Shown here piece by piece: positions 37,508 through 45,625 of a stretch of 60,574 nucleotides of DNA. Positions within the stretch are counted from its first letter, which is position 1. Every line of letters starts with the position of its first letter. The notes under the pieces were generated by a model that saw only the letters and a list, made by a program, of their open reading frames with translations, ran no database searches and was not told where the DNA came from. The DNA is from Patescibacteria group bacterium (GTDB lineage: Bacteria > Patescibacteriota > Minisyncoccia > Phycocordibacterales > UBA12445), in NCBI GenBank assembly GCA_003504275.1, contig DOAO01000006.1, positions 1,496 through 62,069 of the forward strand, read 5' to 3'. The position numbers were made by a program, and so were the translations under genes.

Positions 37508-38704
37508 TTAAGGCAAGAATTGTTGAAGCCAAGATTTGAGGCTGTTTTTTGTTTGTTTTACAAAACGACTTCCGAGAGATTCTTCAATTTCTGTGTCATT
37601 AAAAATAGTACATAGCCCATAAGACACCGCCCAGGACGAGTCTATGACTTTTTTGTTAACTATTCCGTCGTTGGGTGCTCCCGGAGCATAAGAGATCATT
37701 GGAACAACTAAAGAAGATGCTTTAGCAGAGAGTCCCAAATATTCTTTTGCGAAATGGTCTATCGTTTCAAGATTAGCACCTCCTCCTATTATTATTGCTC
37801 CAGCCGGAAGTAAGCCATTCTTGCCTAGTTTTTTTAAGTGGTTTTGTACTAGTTCAAAGATATCGGAAAGTCTAGCATTTATTATCTCATCAAGTTTCTT
37901 TTTTGTTGTTCCTATGTCTCTTCTTTGTACTTTTAGTATTTCCGCTTCTTCAATCGGGATTTTAAAACCCAGAGCAATATCGTTTGTGATATCTGTTGAT
38001 CCGATAGAAAATACCTCAAGAGATATTGGTATACCGTCTTCAAAGACCGCAATAGATACTGTCTCTGCTCCAATGTCTACAAGTACACAACCGGCGGTTT
38101 TTTGTATTTTTGTTAGTGTTACAAAACTGGCAGCAATAGGGGATGCGACAATATCCTCAAGGATGATTCCCGCGTTTTCTACGGAGGTTACAAGTGACCG
38201 AAGGTGCTGTTCAAGGCAGGTTATAAATAGAGTTTTAACCTCAAGGGTGGAACCCTTCATCCCGAGTGGCCTACCAAGAGTTTTTTTGCCATCTATTTTG
38301 TAATTTATTGGAAATGTTTGCAGGACATGTCTGTTAACGGTTCTTCTGAGATTTGTTTCGCTTACTTCAGATGCTTTTTTAATATCATCTGCACGTATCT
38401 CCTTATCTTCGTGCTCAATATCTACGGAGCCATTCGCCATAGAAGACTCAAGACTTATTCCACCAATACCGGCATACGCATATTCTATTTTTACTTTAGC
38501 GACTTTTTCAGCTTCCGCCACAGCTTCTTTGATAGATTTGGTGGCTTCTTCAATGTTTGTTATATAACCATGTCTGACTCCTCTTGAGCCCTTGTTTATC
38601 ATAGCTAAAATCCTTGGAAGTTCTTCTCCCTTAATATGTTCAGAAACAGTAATTCTAACAGATGATGTTCCGACGTCGATGCCGGTGGTGATTATTTTTT
38701 TCAC
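37508..38704 (-). CDS. ftsA: Cell division protein FtsA
   Basis: GIDVGTSSV, VDIGAETVS, ITNDIALG, adjacent to ftsZ. Confidence 0.93.
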   Translation of the reverse strand: MKKIITTGIDVGTSSVRITVSEHIKGEELPRILAMINKGSRGVRHGYITNIEEATKSIKEAVAEAEKVAKVKIEYAYAGIGGISLESSMANGSVDIEHEDKEIRADDIKKASEVSETNLRRTVNRHVLQTFPINYKIDGKKTLGRPLGMKGSTLEVKTLFITCLEQHLRSLVTSVENAGIILEDIVASPIAASFVTLTKIQKTAGCVLVDIGAETVSIAVFEDGIPISLEVFSIGSTDITNDIALGFKIPIEEAEILKVQRRDIGTTKKKLDEIINARLSDIFELVQNHLKKLGKNGLLPAGAIIIGGGANLETIDHFAKEYLGLSAKASSLVVPMISYAPGAPNDGIVNKKVIDSSWAVSYGLCTIFNDTEIEESLGSRFVKQTKNSLKSWLQQFLP

Positions 38705-38740
38705 GCTCCGGTTATTTGATAATTAATAAAAGAGAGGGCT

Positions 38741-39133
38741 TTATAAAGAGAATCTTTTTTTTAAAAATTTTCTTCTTATTTTTTCCTCTTCTCTCTCCAT
38801 TTTACTACCATGATCAAAACCTTTCAAATGAGTTATCCCATGTATGAATAAATACTTGATATATTCATCGAGCGGTTTTTCTACTATCTTAATTTCTTTT
38901 TTTGCTACGGCAGGACAAATGAAAATTTCTCCTTCATTTTTAGATAATGGAAAAGATAGAATATTTGTCGGTTTATCCTTTTGTCTGAATTTTAAATTAA
39001 GATCATGTATTTTCTTTTTTCCAACAAACACAAGACTTAATTCAAAATTTTTCCCCAAAGCAAAATCGGCTATTTTTTCATAGCCGATTTTTGATATCTT
39101 TATTTTGGTTTTAAAATCTCTTACGAGGAGCAT
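38741..39133 (-). CDS. ybeY: rRNA maturation endoribonuclease YbeY
   Basis: LNLKFRQKDKPTNILSF, HGITHLKGFDH. Confidence 0.92.
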   Translation of the reverse strand: MLLVRDFKTKIKISKIGYEKIADFALGKNFELSLVFVGKKKIHDLNLKFRQKDKPTNILSFPLSKNEGEIFICPAVAKKEIKIVEKPLDEYIKYLFIHGITHLKGFDHGSKMEREEEKIRRKFLKKRFSL

Positions 39134-39353
39134 CTTTTAATTTGCCAAGCTTCTTCAGCTTCTCTGTTTTTTGTCTATTATCCAATCTTTTTAGAGCTGC
39201 TACTTTTCTTTTATATTCGGAAAGTTTTCTCTGGTTATATCGAAGACTTTTGGCTTTTCTAATAACACCAGATTCCTGCACTCTCTTACTGAACCTTCTA
39301 ATGAGGCCAGTTGGGCTTTCGCTACCACTTTTTGTTACTTGGATTAGAATCAT
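39111..39353 (-). CDS. rpsU: Ribosomal protein bS21 (CPR type)
   Basis: ES...LIRRFSKRVQESGV, basic, 80 aa. Confidence 0.75.
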   Translation of the reverse strand: MILIQVTKSGSESPTGLIRRFSKRVQESGVIRKAKSLRYNQRKLSEYKRKVAALKRLDNRQKTEKLKKLGKLKDAPRKRF

Positions 39354-39395
39354 ATAAAAATTAGACTAACATAAATCCTTTTTTGCTTCAAGTCC

Positions 39396-40748
39396 CTATT
39401 TAAGTTTCTTTATATAATCTCCAAGTTTTTCGACTTTTATCTCCTCTTGTGATCTGTTGTCCATGTTTCTAACAATAACTGTTCCGTCCATAACTTCTCT
39501 CTGTCCAAGAATTATGGCATAAGGAATTTTCATTTTTTCGGCTATAGCAAGTTGCGCAGAGAGGCTGTCTTTTGATAAGGAATGCATTACTCCTATTTTG
39601 GCCTTTCTTAATACCTCTATAATAGATAAACTTTTTAATTTGGCGCTAAATCCAAGTTGTATGAAGTAGAACTTCGGTTTTTTAATAATTCTGGGCATTG
39701 TAGATTCAAATCCTTTTGACATCGTAACCCTGTCTACACCGATTGCTAGACCAACAGCAGGAACATCTTTTTTATTTCCGAGCGATTTTGCCAAATAATC
39801 ATACCTACCACCTCCGCAAACAGTTAGCCCGATTTCTTTTACTTCCCCTTCCTCTGTATTTTCCTCCATTGTTTTTTTCTCCTCATCTTTTCTCGCTTCC
39901 GGTTTAGATATTATTTCAAAAACAGTTCTCGTATAATAGTCGAGACCACGAACAAGATTGTTGTTGATTGTGTATTCAATCCCCAAGATTTCAAGATACT
40001 CTAAAACCTCTTTGAAGTGTTGTTTACATGGGTCACAAAGATAACTAACGGCTTGGGGTACCTTTTCTTTTGTTGCCTGACATTTTGGATCTTTACAATC
40101 TAAGAGGCGAAGGGGGTTGGTTTTTATTCTTTGTTTACAGTCTTTACAAACCTCATTGATGTGTTTCTTATAATAAGAAACAAGGTCTCTTTTGTATGCA
40201 CCCCTACAGGATTTGTCGCCTATGCTATTTATCTGTACCGAAAGATTTTTTAACCCAGCTTCTTCCAGAGCTGTCATTGCGGTTTTAATTATTATGGCAT
40301 CAGCAATACTCTTTTCTGTTCCAAGTATTTCAAGACCAAATTGTCTCATTTCTCGTAAGCGCCCTCTTTGTGGTTTTTCGTGTCTAAACATCGGGCCATA
40401 GTAATAAAGCATTACCGGTTGAGGCATACTTTGCATACCATGTTCAATATAAGCTCGCATTACAGGCGCTGTGCCCTCTGGTCTCAATGTCAAAGAATCT
40501 CCCCCTTTAGTTTTTAAAGAAAACATTTCTTTTTCTACAATATCAGTACCTTCTCCTACACCTGAAGTAAAAAGGTCTGTGTCTTCAAGTATCGGTGTTT
40601 CTATTGGTTTAAAACCATAATATTCTGCTATCTCGGCAGACTTTTCAAAGAAACCCAAATAGTTGTAAAAATCTTCTCCCATAAGGTCTCTCATTCCTTT
40701 TGGTGCTTGCGGAGCAACTTTCTTTATGGTTGATTTTTTCTTTTCCAT
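39396..40748 (-). CDS. hisS: Histidyl-tRNA synthetase
   Basis: PKGMRD, LRPEGTA, FRHEKPQRGRLRE, LVRGLDYY, GGGRYD. Confidence 0.96.
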   Translation of the reverse strand: MEKKKSTIKKVAPQAPKGMRDLMGEDFYNYLGFFEKSAEIAEYYGFKPIETPILEDTDLFTSGVGEGTDIVEKEMFSLKTKGGDSLTLRPEGTAPVMRAYIEHGMQSMPQPVMLYYYGPMFRHEKPQRGRLREMRQFGLEILGTEKSIADAIIIKTAMTALEEAGLKNLSVQINSIGDKSCRGAYKRDLVSYYKKHINEVCKDCKQRIKTNPLRLLDCKDPKCQATKEKVPQAVSYLCDPCKQHFKEVLEYLEILGIEYTINNNLVRGLDYYTRTVFEIISKPEARKDEEKKTMEENTEEGEVKEIGLTVCGGGRYDYLAKSLGNKKDVPAVGLAIGVDRVTMSKGFESTMPRIIKKPKFYFIQLGFSAKLKSLSIIEVLRKAKIGVMHSLSKDSLSAQLAIAEKMKIPYAIILGQREVMDGTVIVRNMDNRSQEEIKVEKLGDYIKKLK

Positions 40749-40758
40749 TTTTTATTTA

Positions 40759-40868
40759 TTTACCCTCCTAAATTTTTTTAATAATTTCGATATATCTAAA
40801 TAAATTGATCTATCGTAATTGTTTATATTTTGACTAAAAATATTTTTTGAAAAATTTTGGTGGGCGAA
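40759..40868 (-). repeat. AT-rich element with imperfect terminal inverted repeats
   Basis: TTTACCCTCCTAAATTTT (40759-40776) ... AAAATTTTGGTGGGCGAA (40851-40868). Confidence 0.7.
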
Positions 40869-40898
40869 CTTCTAATTTTTTATTAATTTTTTTTAAAA

Positions 40899-41546
40899 TT
40901 ATTCTGTAACTTTTTCAGGATACAGGGAGACTTTATTAAAGGGGAGTAGCCTTACAAAAACATGCCCGGTAATAAGTTTTTTATCTAAAGGACCCCAGTC
41001 GCGCGAGTCAGAACTTGCAGCACGATTGTCTCCCATTACAAAATATTGTTCACCAGAAAGCTTCATCTCGATACTCCTCTCTTGAAAGTCTTGATTTTTA
41101 ACGTATATTTCGTTTAATTTTAAACCAGTTGGATTGTCTTTGTTTTTTATTGTAACCTCATTATTTTTTATAATTATGGTTTCCCCAGGAAGTCCGATGA
41201 TTCTTTTTATAAAATACTTAGAGGGGTTGTTTGGGTATCTAAAAACGATAACCTCGTTTCTTTGTGGGTTGTTGAAATAATATGAAAGCTCGTCAATGAT
41301 TAGGTATTGACCGTCTGCAAAGGTGGGGTCCATAGAACCACCGCTTACTAAAAATGGTTGAGCAATAAAGAATCTTACAGGTAGAACGATTATTAAAGAA
41401 AGAATTGTAAAACGGACAATTTCTTTTATAAAATCCCACCAAGACTCTTGCTTCTCAACACATACGATTGGAGGCGTAACTTCAGGGGTAGAGCAAGGCT
41501 CATTACAGGACACAACCTCCTTTTCAGCGTTATTTTCCAATATCAT
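40899..41546 (-). CDS. lepB: Signal peptidase I
   Basis: VSGGSMDPT, FIKRIIGLPGE, MGDNR..SSDSR. Confidence 0.95.
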   Translation of the reverse strand: MILENNAEKEVVSCNEPCSTPEVTPPIVCVEKQESWWDFIKEIVRFTILSLIIVLPVRFFIAQPFLVSGGSMDPTFADGQYLIIDELSYYFNNPQRNEVIVFRYPNNPSKYFIKRIIGLPGETIIIKNNEVTIKNKDNPTGLKLNEIYVKNQDFQERSIEMKLSGEQYFVMGDNRAASSDSRDWGPLDKKLITGHVFVRLLPFNKVSLYPEKVTE

Positions 41547-41596
41547 TTTGCAATTATACTACAAAATCAAAGCATTTGCAACATAAAAGAATAAAG

Positions 41597-41757
41597 CCCG
41601 CCCGACCGAATGATTTCGGTCATTCGGGCGGGAAGCAAGAATTAGGAATCGACGCTTTTGCGTCGTTGCGAGACGAGACCTTGTCGAGACATGGCAATCT
41701 GTGAGGATAATCTAAAATTAAATCTGGATTACCACGGGCTTCGCCCTCGTAATGACG
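41597..41757. repeat. Intergenic palindrome cluster
   Basis: 36-nt CCCGCCCGA...TCGGGCGGG (41597-41632) and an inverted pair of CGTC.TTRCGAG...ATGG/GTGG.AATC units (41661-41700 and 41725-41757). Confidence 0.75.
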
Positions 41758-41919
41758 TGATGATGGGGTAATGTTGACATATTTGAATTAATCTTGTAAT
41801 ATCAATCGAAGTTATTTGTTTTTTGAAAATTGCCGTGGCGAAAGCACGTTGCTTAGCCCTACAGCAAGGGTGTTCTGTAAAAACGGTCATATCTGCAAAT
41901 AGCAGAAAAGGAGGAAATT

Positions 41920-42540
41920 ATGACTGAATCACAGATTCCCAAATTACTCGCGGTTCTCGTAGAACATCAGAAGCAATTCGGGGGACTTTCCGCAGAAGAA
42001 GCCCAGTGGATTATTAAGAATCCAAAGGAAGCTATCGGTCTTTTGACGGAGGTTGTAAAAAAAAGATTTCATCATGCTAGGTATTTTTTTCCGATTATTT
42101 TTACTTACGAAACCGACAAGCGTCGCGACATGAATAAGATACTTACGAATCTTGGCCGCAAGATCTGTGATCGGGCTATCGATATCATGAAGCAAAAAGA
42201 CTACAAAGAATCAATCAAAACTAAGACAGAAAAGGTTGAGATCTGTGCGGCCACTATTTATGATCTTACTGGAAAAAATGTTGCCACAACAAAAGAAATT
42301 TATGCCGCGATCTTGGCAAAAGATCACACTCTTTGTAAGCCAGAGGATGGTCCTTATATTTGTGAAGTCTATAGTGGCGATAACACGGTATTTTTAGCCA
42401 TGAAGCCCATTCACGATTCCAGTGGCGAACCACTTGGTTTCTTTGTGTGTCGTCATCACGATATTATTTGCCTTTCTGCGGATCATCTTGACCCTGAGGG
42501 CCAGTGGGATGGTTATCATTATATTGTTTTTCGCCGTTAA
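41920..42540 (+). CDS. Hypothetical protein
   Basis: 206 aa, strong SD. C-terminal LCKPEDGP...FLAMKPIHDSSG...W....VFRR. Confidence 0.75.
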   Translation: MTESQIPKLLAVLVEHQKQFGGLSAEEAQWIIKNPKEAIGLLTEVVKKRFHHARYFFPIIFTYETDKRRDMNKILTNLGRKICDRAIDIMKQKDYKESIKTKTEKVEICAATIYDLTGKNVATTKEIYAAILAKDHTLCKPEDGPYICEVYSGDNTVFLAMKPIHDSSGEPLGFFVCRHHDIICLSADHLDPEGQWDGYHYIVFRR

Positions 42541-42646
42541 GTATGAATAAACTTTTAAAATATCCTAAGTAGTAATATCTGCCCCGTTCCTTTTTGGAAT
42601 CGGGGCTTTTTTATTTCTCTAAATAATTGTAAACTTATTCTTAATT

Positions 42647-42682
42647 CCCGCCCGAACAATAGAAATCGTTCATTCGGGCAGG
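42647..42682. repeat. 36-nt CCCGCCCGA-family palindrome
   Basis: CCCGCCCGAA...TTCGGGCAGG. Confidence 0.65.
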
Positions 42683-42715
42683 TATTATTCATTATTCTTA
42701 ATTCATTTTTTATTT

Positions 42716-43321
42716 ATGTCATATATTATCGTCGGTTTAGGTAACCCGGGGGAGGAATACGAAGATACAAGACACAATATGGGACGCATCGTTCTTGAGA
42801 ATATGAGGAAGATATTTTCTAAGGATGCGGATTTTTCAGATTGGGAGTTTGATAAAAAACTCCGCGCACTTTTCAGCGAAGGAAAAGTTGCTAAGCAAAA
42901 AATAATGTTGATTGAACCGGACAACTATATGAATAATTCCGGAGGAAGCGTGAAGCCTCTCATTACAAGCAAGAAAAAAGCCGAGGAGCTTATTGTAATT
43001 CACGACGATCTCGACCTGCCCATCGGTAAATATAAAATAACTTTCAATCGTGGTTCCGGGGGTCACAAGGGGGTGGAATCAATAATCAAAAATATTAAGA
43101 CAGAGGGGTTTGTCAGATTCCGAATGGGGATCAGCCCAGTAACTCCTAGCGGTAAATTAAAAAAGCCGAGTGGGGAAGAGGCTGTTACAAAAATGATAAT
43201 GGGTAAGTTCAAGGAGTCTGAAATGGCAGAGATAAAGAAGATGTCCAAGAGACTTGCCGAAGCCACAGAGATGATGATTGCTGAGGGGCGCGACAAAGCA
43301 ATGAGTTTGTTTAGTTGCTAA
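42716..43321 (+). CDS. pth: Peptidyl-tRNA hydrolase
   Basis: IVGLGNPG..Y..TRHN.G, YMNNSG, IHDDLD, SGGHKG. Confidence 0.95.
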   Translation: MSYIIVGLGNPGEEYEDTRHNMGRIVLENMRKIFSKDADFSDWEFDKKLRALFSEGKVAKQKIMLIEPDNYMNNSGGSVKPLITSKKKAEELIVIHDDLDLPIGKYKITFNRGSGGHKGVESIIKNIKTEGFVRFRMGISPVTPSGKLKKPSGEEAVTKMIMGKFKESEMAEIKKMSKRLAEATEMMIAEGRDKAMSLFSC

Positions 43322-43388
43322 ACTCTGACATTAAATGGGATAAAATAAAAAACACCCCACGAATGAGGTGTTTTTTATTTTATTTAAA

Positions 43389-43565
43389 TTATAGACTTGC
43401 TGGTACTTCAGCTGATGTTGTAGCTGTTGTTTCAACTGTAGTTGTAGCAACAACATTCTCAGCAACCGGAGTTTCAACAGCAGGAGTAGCTGTCTTTGTC
43501 ATCATAAGGTAACCACCATAGATAGCCAAGGCAACAATAACTGTCCAAACTAATTTAGAGTTCAT
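43389..43565 (-). CDS. 58-aa single-TM protein with a Thr/Ala/Val-rich tail (not in the ORF track)
   Basis: Translated by hand: MNSKLVWTVIVALAIYGGYLMMTKTATPAVETPVAENVVATTTVETTATTSAEVPASL. A terminator hairpin lies downstream. Confidence 0.75.
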   Translation of the reverse strand: MNSKLVWTVIVALAIYGGYLMMTKTATPAVETPVAENVVATTTVETTATTSAEVPASL

Positions 43566-43682
43566 TTTTTGTATTTAAATTTAAAAATTCTTTCCTCGAC
43601 CTTTGTCTTGAGACATCGATATTAGCACCTTTCTTTAAAAAAGCAATCCCATTCTAGTGATTTTATGAAATATGCCCTTACT

Positions 43683-44045
43683 TTATAATCCCGGGCAATT
43701 TGTTGCTTTTGTATAACCGGCCGATTCGGCTTCTTCTCTGGATGTAAATTCCACTATATTTTTGGGGCTTATTTTCTTAACTCCCTCACACCAAGGGGAG
43801 TAGTAGCGAGTACCGTTCTTAGAGGCAACATAAATTTCGGTGGAAGTGCTTGTGTTTATATTAGAAAGGCCTATTTCTTTACCTATTTTGGGCATTTCTA
43901 TTGTTATTGGGGTCTTTTTATCAGCTATTTTTGATAATCTACCTAGCCCAAATCCTATTAATAAACAGAGGGTTATAATAAGCACAATAAATATCTCTTC
44001 CTTGTAGCCCTTGATTTTTTCTTTAATATCATTTAATATCGTCAT
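43683..44045 (-). CDS. Membrane-anchored protein with C-terminal Ada-like metal-binding motif
   Basis: TM, then YVASKNGTRYYSPWC...F.S...AE.AGY..ATNC. The start is uncertain. Confidence 0.7.
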   Translation of the reverse strand: MTILNDIKEKIKGYKEEIFIVLIITLCLLIGFGLGRLSKIADKKTPITIEMPKIGKEIGLSNINTSTSTEIYVASKNGTRYYSPWCEGVKKISPKNIVEFTSREEAESAGYTKATNCPGL

Positions 44046-44126
44046 ATCATTGTTTGGAAATAATATACTATATATATTTTTCAAGCAATTCTTAATTCAT
44101 TATTCTTTATTCTTAATTAATAAGTT

Positions 44127-44399
44127 ATGGCACATACAAAAGCTGGTGGAACCGCGAAAAACCTGAGAGACTCACAACCAAAGTATTTGGGAACAAAGCT
44201 TTATGGTGGAGAGACTGCCAAGGCCGGTTCAATAATCATAAGACAAAGAGGAACAGTTATCTTGCCTGGAGCGAATGTTAAGCTCGGTAAGGACCACACA
44301 ATTTTTGCTCTTAAGGCAGGAAAAGTTAAATTCGGCAAAAAGAGAAAAGTTCATTTTGACGGAACTACTAAGAACAAGGTTACTGTCTCCGTAGAGTAA
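44127..44399 (+). CDS. rpmA: Ribosomal protein bL27
   Basis: MAHTKAGG...[21 protein letters not shown]. Confidence 0.96.
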   Translation: MAHTKAGGTAKNLRDSQPKYLGTKLYGGETAKAGSIIIRQRGTVILPGANVKLGKDHTIFALKAGKVKFGKKRKVHFDGTTKNKVTVSVE

Positions 44400-44526
44400 A
44401 TACTAAAATAAAAAAACAGCATCCACTCGGATGCTGTTTTTGTTTATCTTTGAAATAAATTTTTTAAAACATGCGGTCAATAGAAAGGGTAGTGATATTT
44501 TGTCTATAAAATATTATTTTACATAC

Positions 44527-44548
44527 CATCTACGCCATGGCGTAGATG
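44527..44548. repeat. 22-bp perfect palindrome
   Basis: CATCTACGCCATGGCGTAGATG. Confidence 0.9.
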
Positions 44549-44574
44549 AGGGAAAGGTGTATAATACAAAACAA

Positions 44575-44970
44575 ATGTCCCAACAAAGAAAAATCTATTA
44601 TAAAGGCGTTAAGGTTAATTCGTTTGGTGTGCCCTTTTTAAATCCAAATGATGAAATAAAAGATAAAAAACATTTTCAGAATAAAGCCCATTATCATGCT
44701 TCTTTTATATCTTCGTTTAAATATGATTCCCCAAAGAACTTAATCGTTATGTACGATATTCCACATGAGAAGAAAAGGGAGCGTGATTGGTTTCGTCGGC
44801 ATTTAAAGAAATTTGATTATATAATGATTCAAAAAAGTGTTTGGGTTGGCCCTTCCCCATTACCCATAAGCTTTCTCGAATATGTGAAATCAATTGGTCT
44901 GAAAGATCAGCTTAAAGTTTTTAAACTCGCAAAACCATACACAGGGAAGGATAATGATTTATATCTATAA
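44575..44970 (+). CDS. Solitary Cas2-like / PaaX C-terminal-like protein
   Basis: LIVMYDIP..K..ERDWFR..L..F....IQKSVWV. No cas genes or array nearby. Start set at MSQQRK, 9 nt after TATAAT. Confidence 0.75.
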   Translation: MSQQRKIYYKGVKVNSFGVPFLNPNDEIKDKKHFQNKAHYHASFISSFKYDSPKNLIVMYDIPHEKKRERDWFRRHLKKFDYIMIQKSVWVGPSPLPISFLEYVKSIGLKDQLKVFKLAKPYTGKDNDLYL

Positions 44971-44987
44971 CACAGACTCCAGAAAAT

Positions 44988-45021
44988 TAACTCAATCTAC
45001 GCCATGGCGTAGATTGAGTTA
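44988..45021. repeat. 34-bp perfect palindrome
   Basis: TAACTCAATCTACGCCATGGCGTAGATTGAGTTA. The 20-bp core is identical to that of 44527-44548. Confidence 0.9.
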
Positions 45022-45043
45022 GTTAAGGAGATTATCAGATCTA

Positions 45044-45487
45044 TTATTTTTTTGCCGTTACCTCAAGTCTTATTTTTGCAGTTTTGCCACTTATTTTTAT
45101 TGTGACCTCGTGTGACCCAGTCTCTTTTATCGGTTTATCCATCTCAAGCTCTTCTGGTTTTATATCAGCTCCTTTGTTTTTGATTAGTTTTAATATTTCT
45201 TCTTTTTTAATACCCGCAAAAAGGTGTCCCTCCTCATTTGCTTTTGAATATACGATAATTGGTTCCTTCGAAATATTGGTAATTTGCTCATTTATTTTTG
45301 CCTCTCTGTTTGCCTTGTCGGCATTCATTTTCTTTTTTTCATCTTCCGCTTTTTTTATGACGGCATCTGTCGCTATTTCTCCTAGCTTATTTTTTATCAA
45401 AAAATTTCTTGCATAACCGTCAGATACCTCTTTAATCTCATACCTTCTTCCGATTTTTGGTACGTCTTTAAGTAATATTATCTTCAT
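45044..45487 (-). CDS. rplI: Ribosomal protein bL9
   Basis: MKIILLKDV..IG...EVSDGYARNFL, GHLFAGI. Confidence 0.95.
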   Translation of the reverse strand: MKIILLKDVPKIGRRYEIKEVSDGYARNFLIKNKLGEIATDAVIKKAEDEKKKMNADKANREAKINEQITNISKEPIIVYSKANEEGHLFAGIKKEEILKLIKNKGADIKPEELEMDKPIKETGSHEVTIKISGKTAKIRLEVTAKK

Positions 45488-45625
45488 GGTGTTTATACAG
45501 CAGAACTAGTAATTAATTTTAATATACTTGTTTTTAAATATTAAAGCGAAAAACGTAAAATGAAAAGCGTAAAATAACAACTTAACCTGAGTTTTACACT
45601 TTGCGTTTAAAGTTTTACGCTCTCG

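Noticed and set aside
41834-41872. Resemblance to a pistol ribozyme (CGTGG...CACGTT...GCTTAGCCCTA)
   Set aside because: The first loop cannot pair with CCCTA and the A-rich linker is missing, so the required pseudoknot is absent.
44575-44970. Cas2-like gene as evidence of a CRISPR-Cas system
   Set aside because: There is no cas1, effector gene or array. Only two palindromes flank it.
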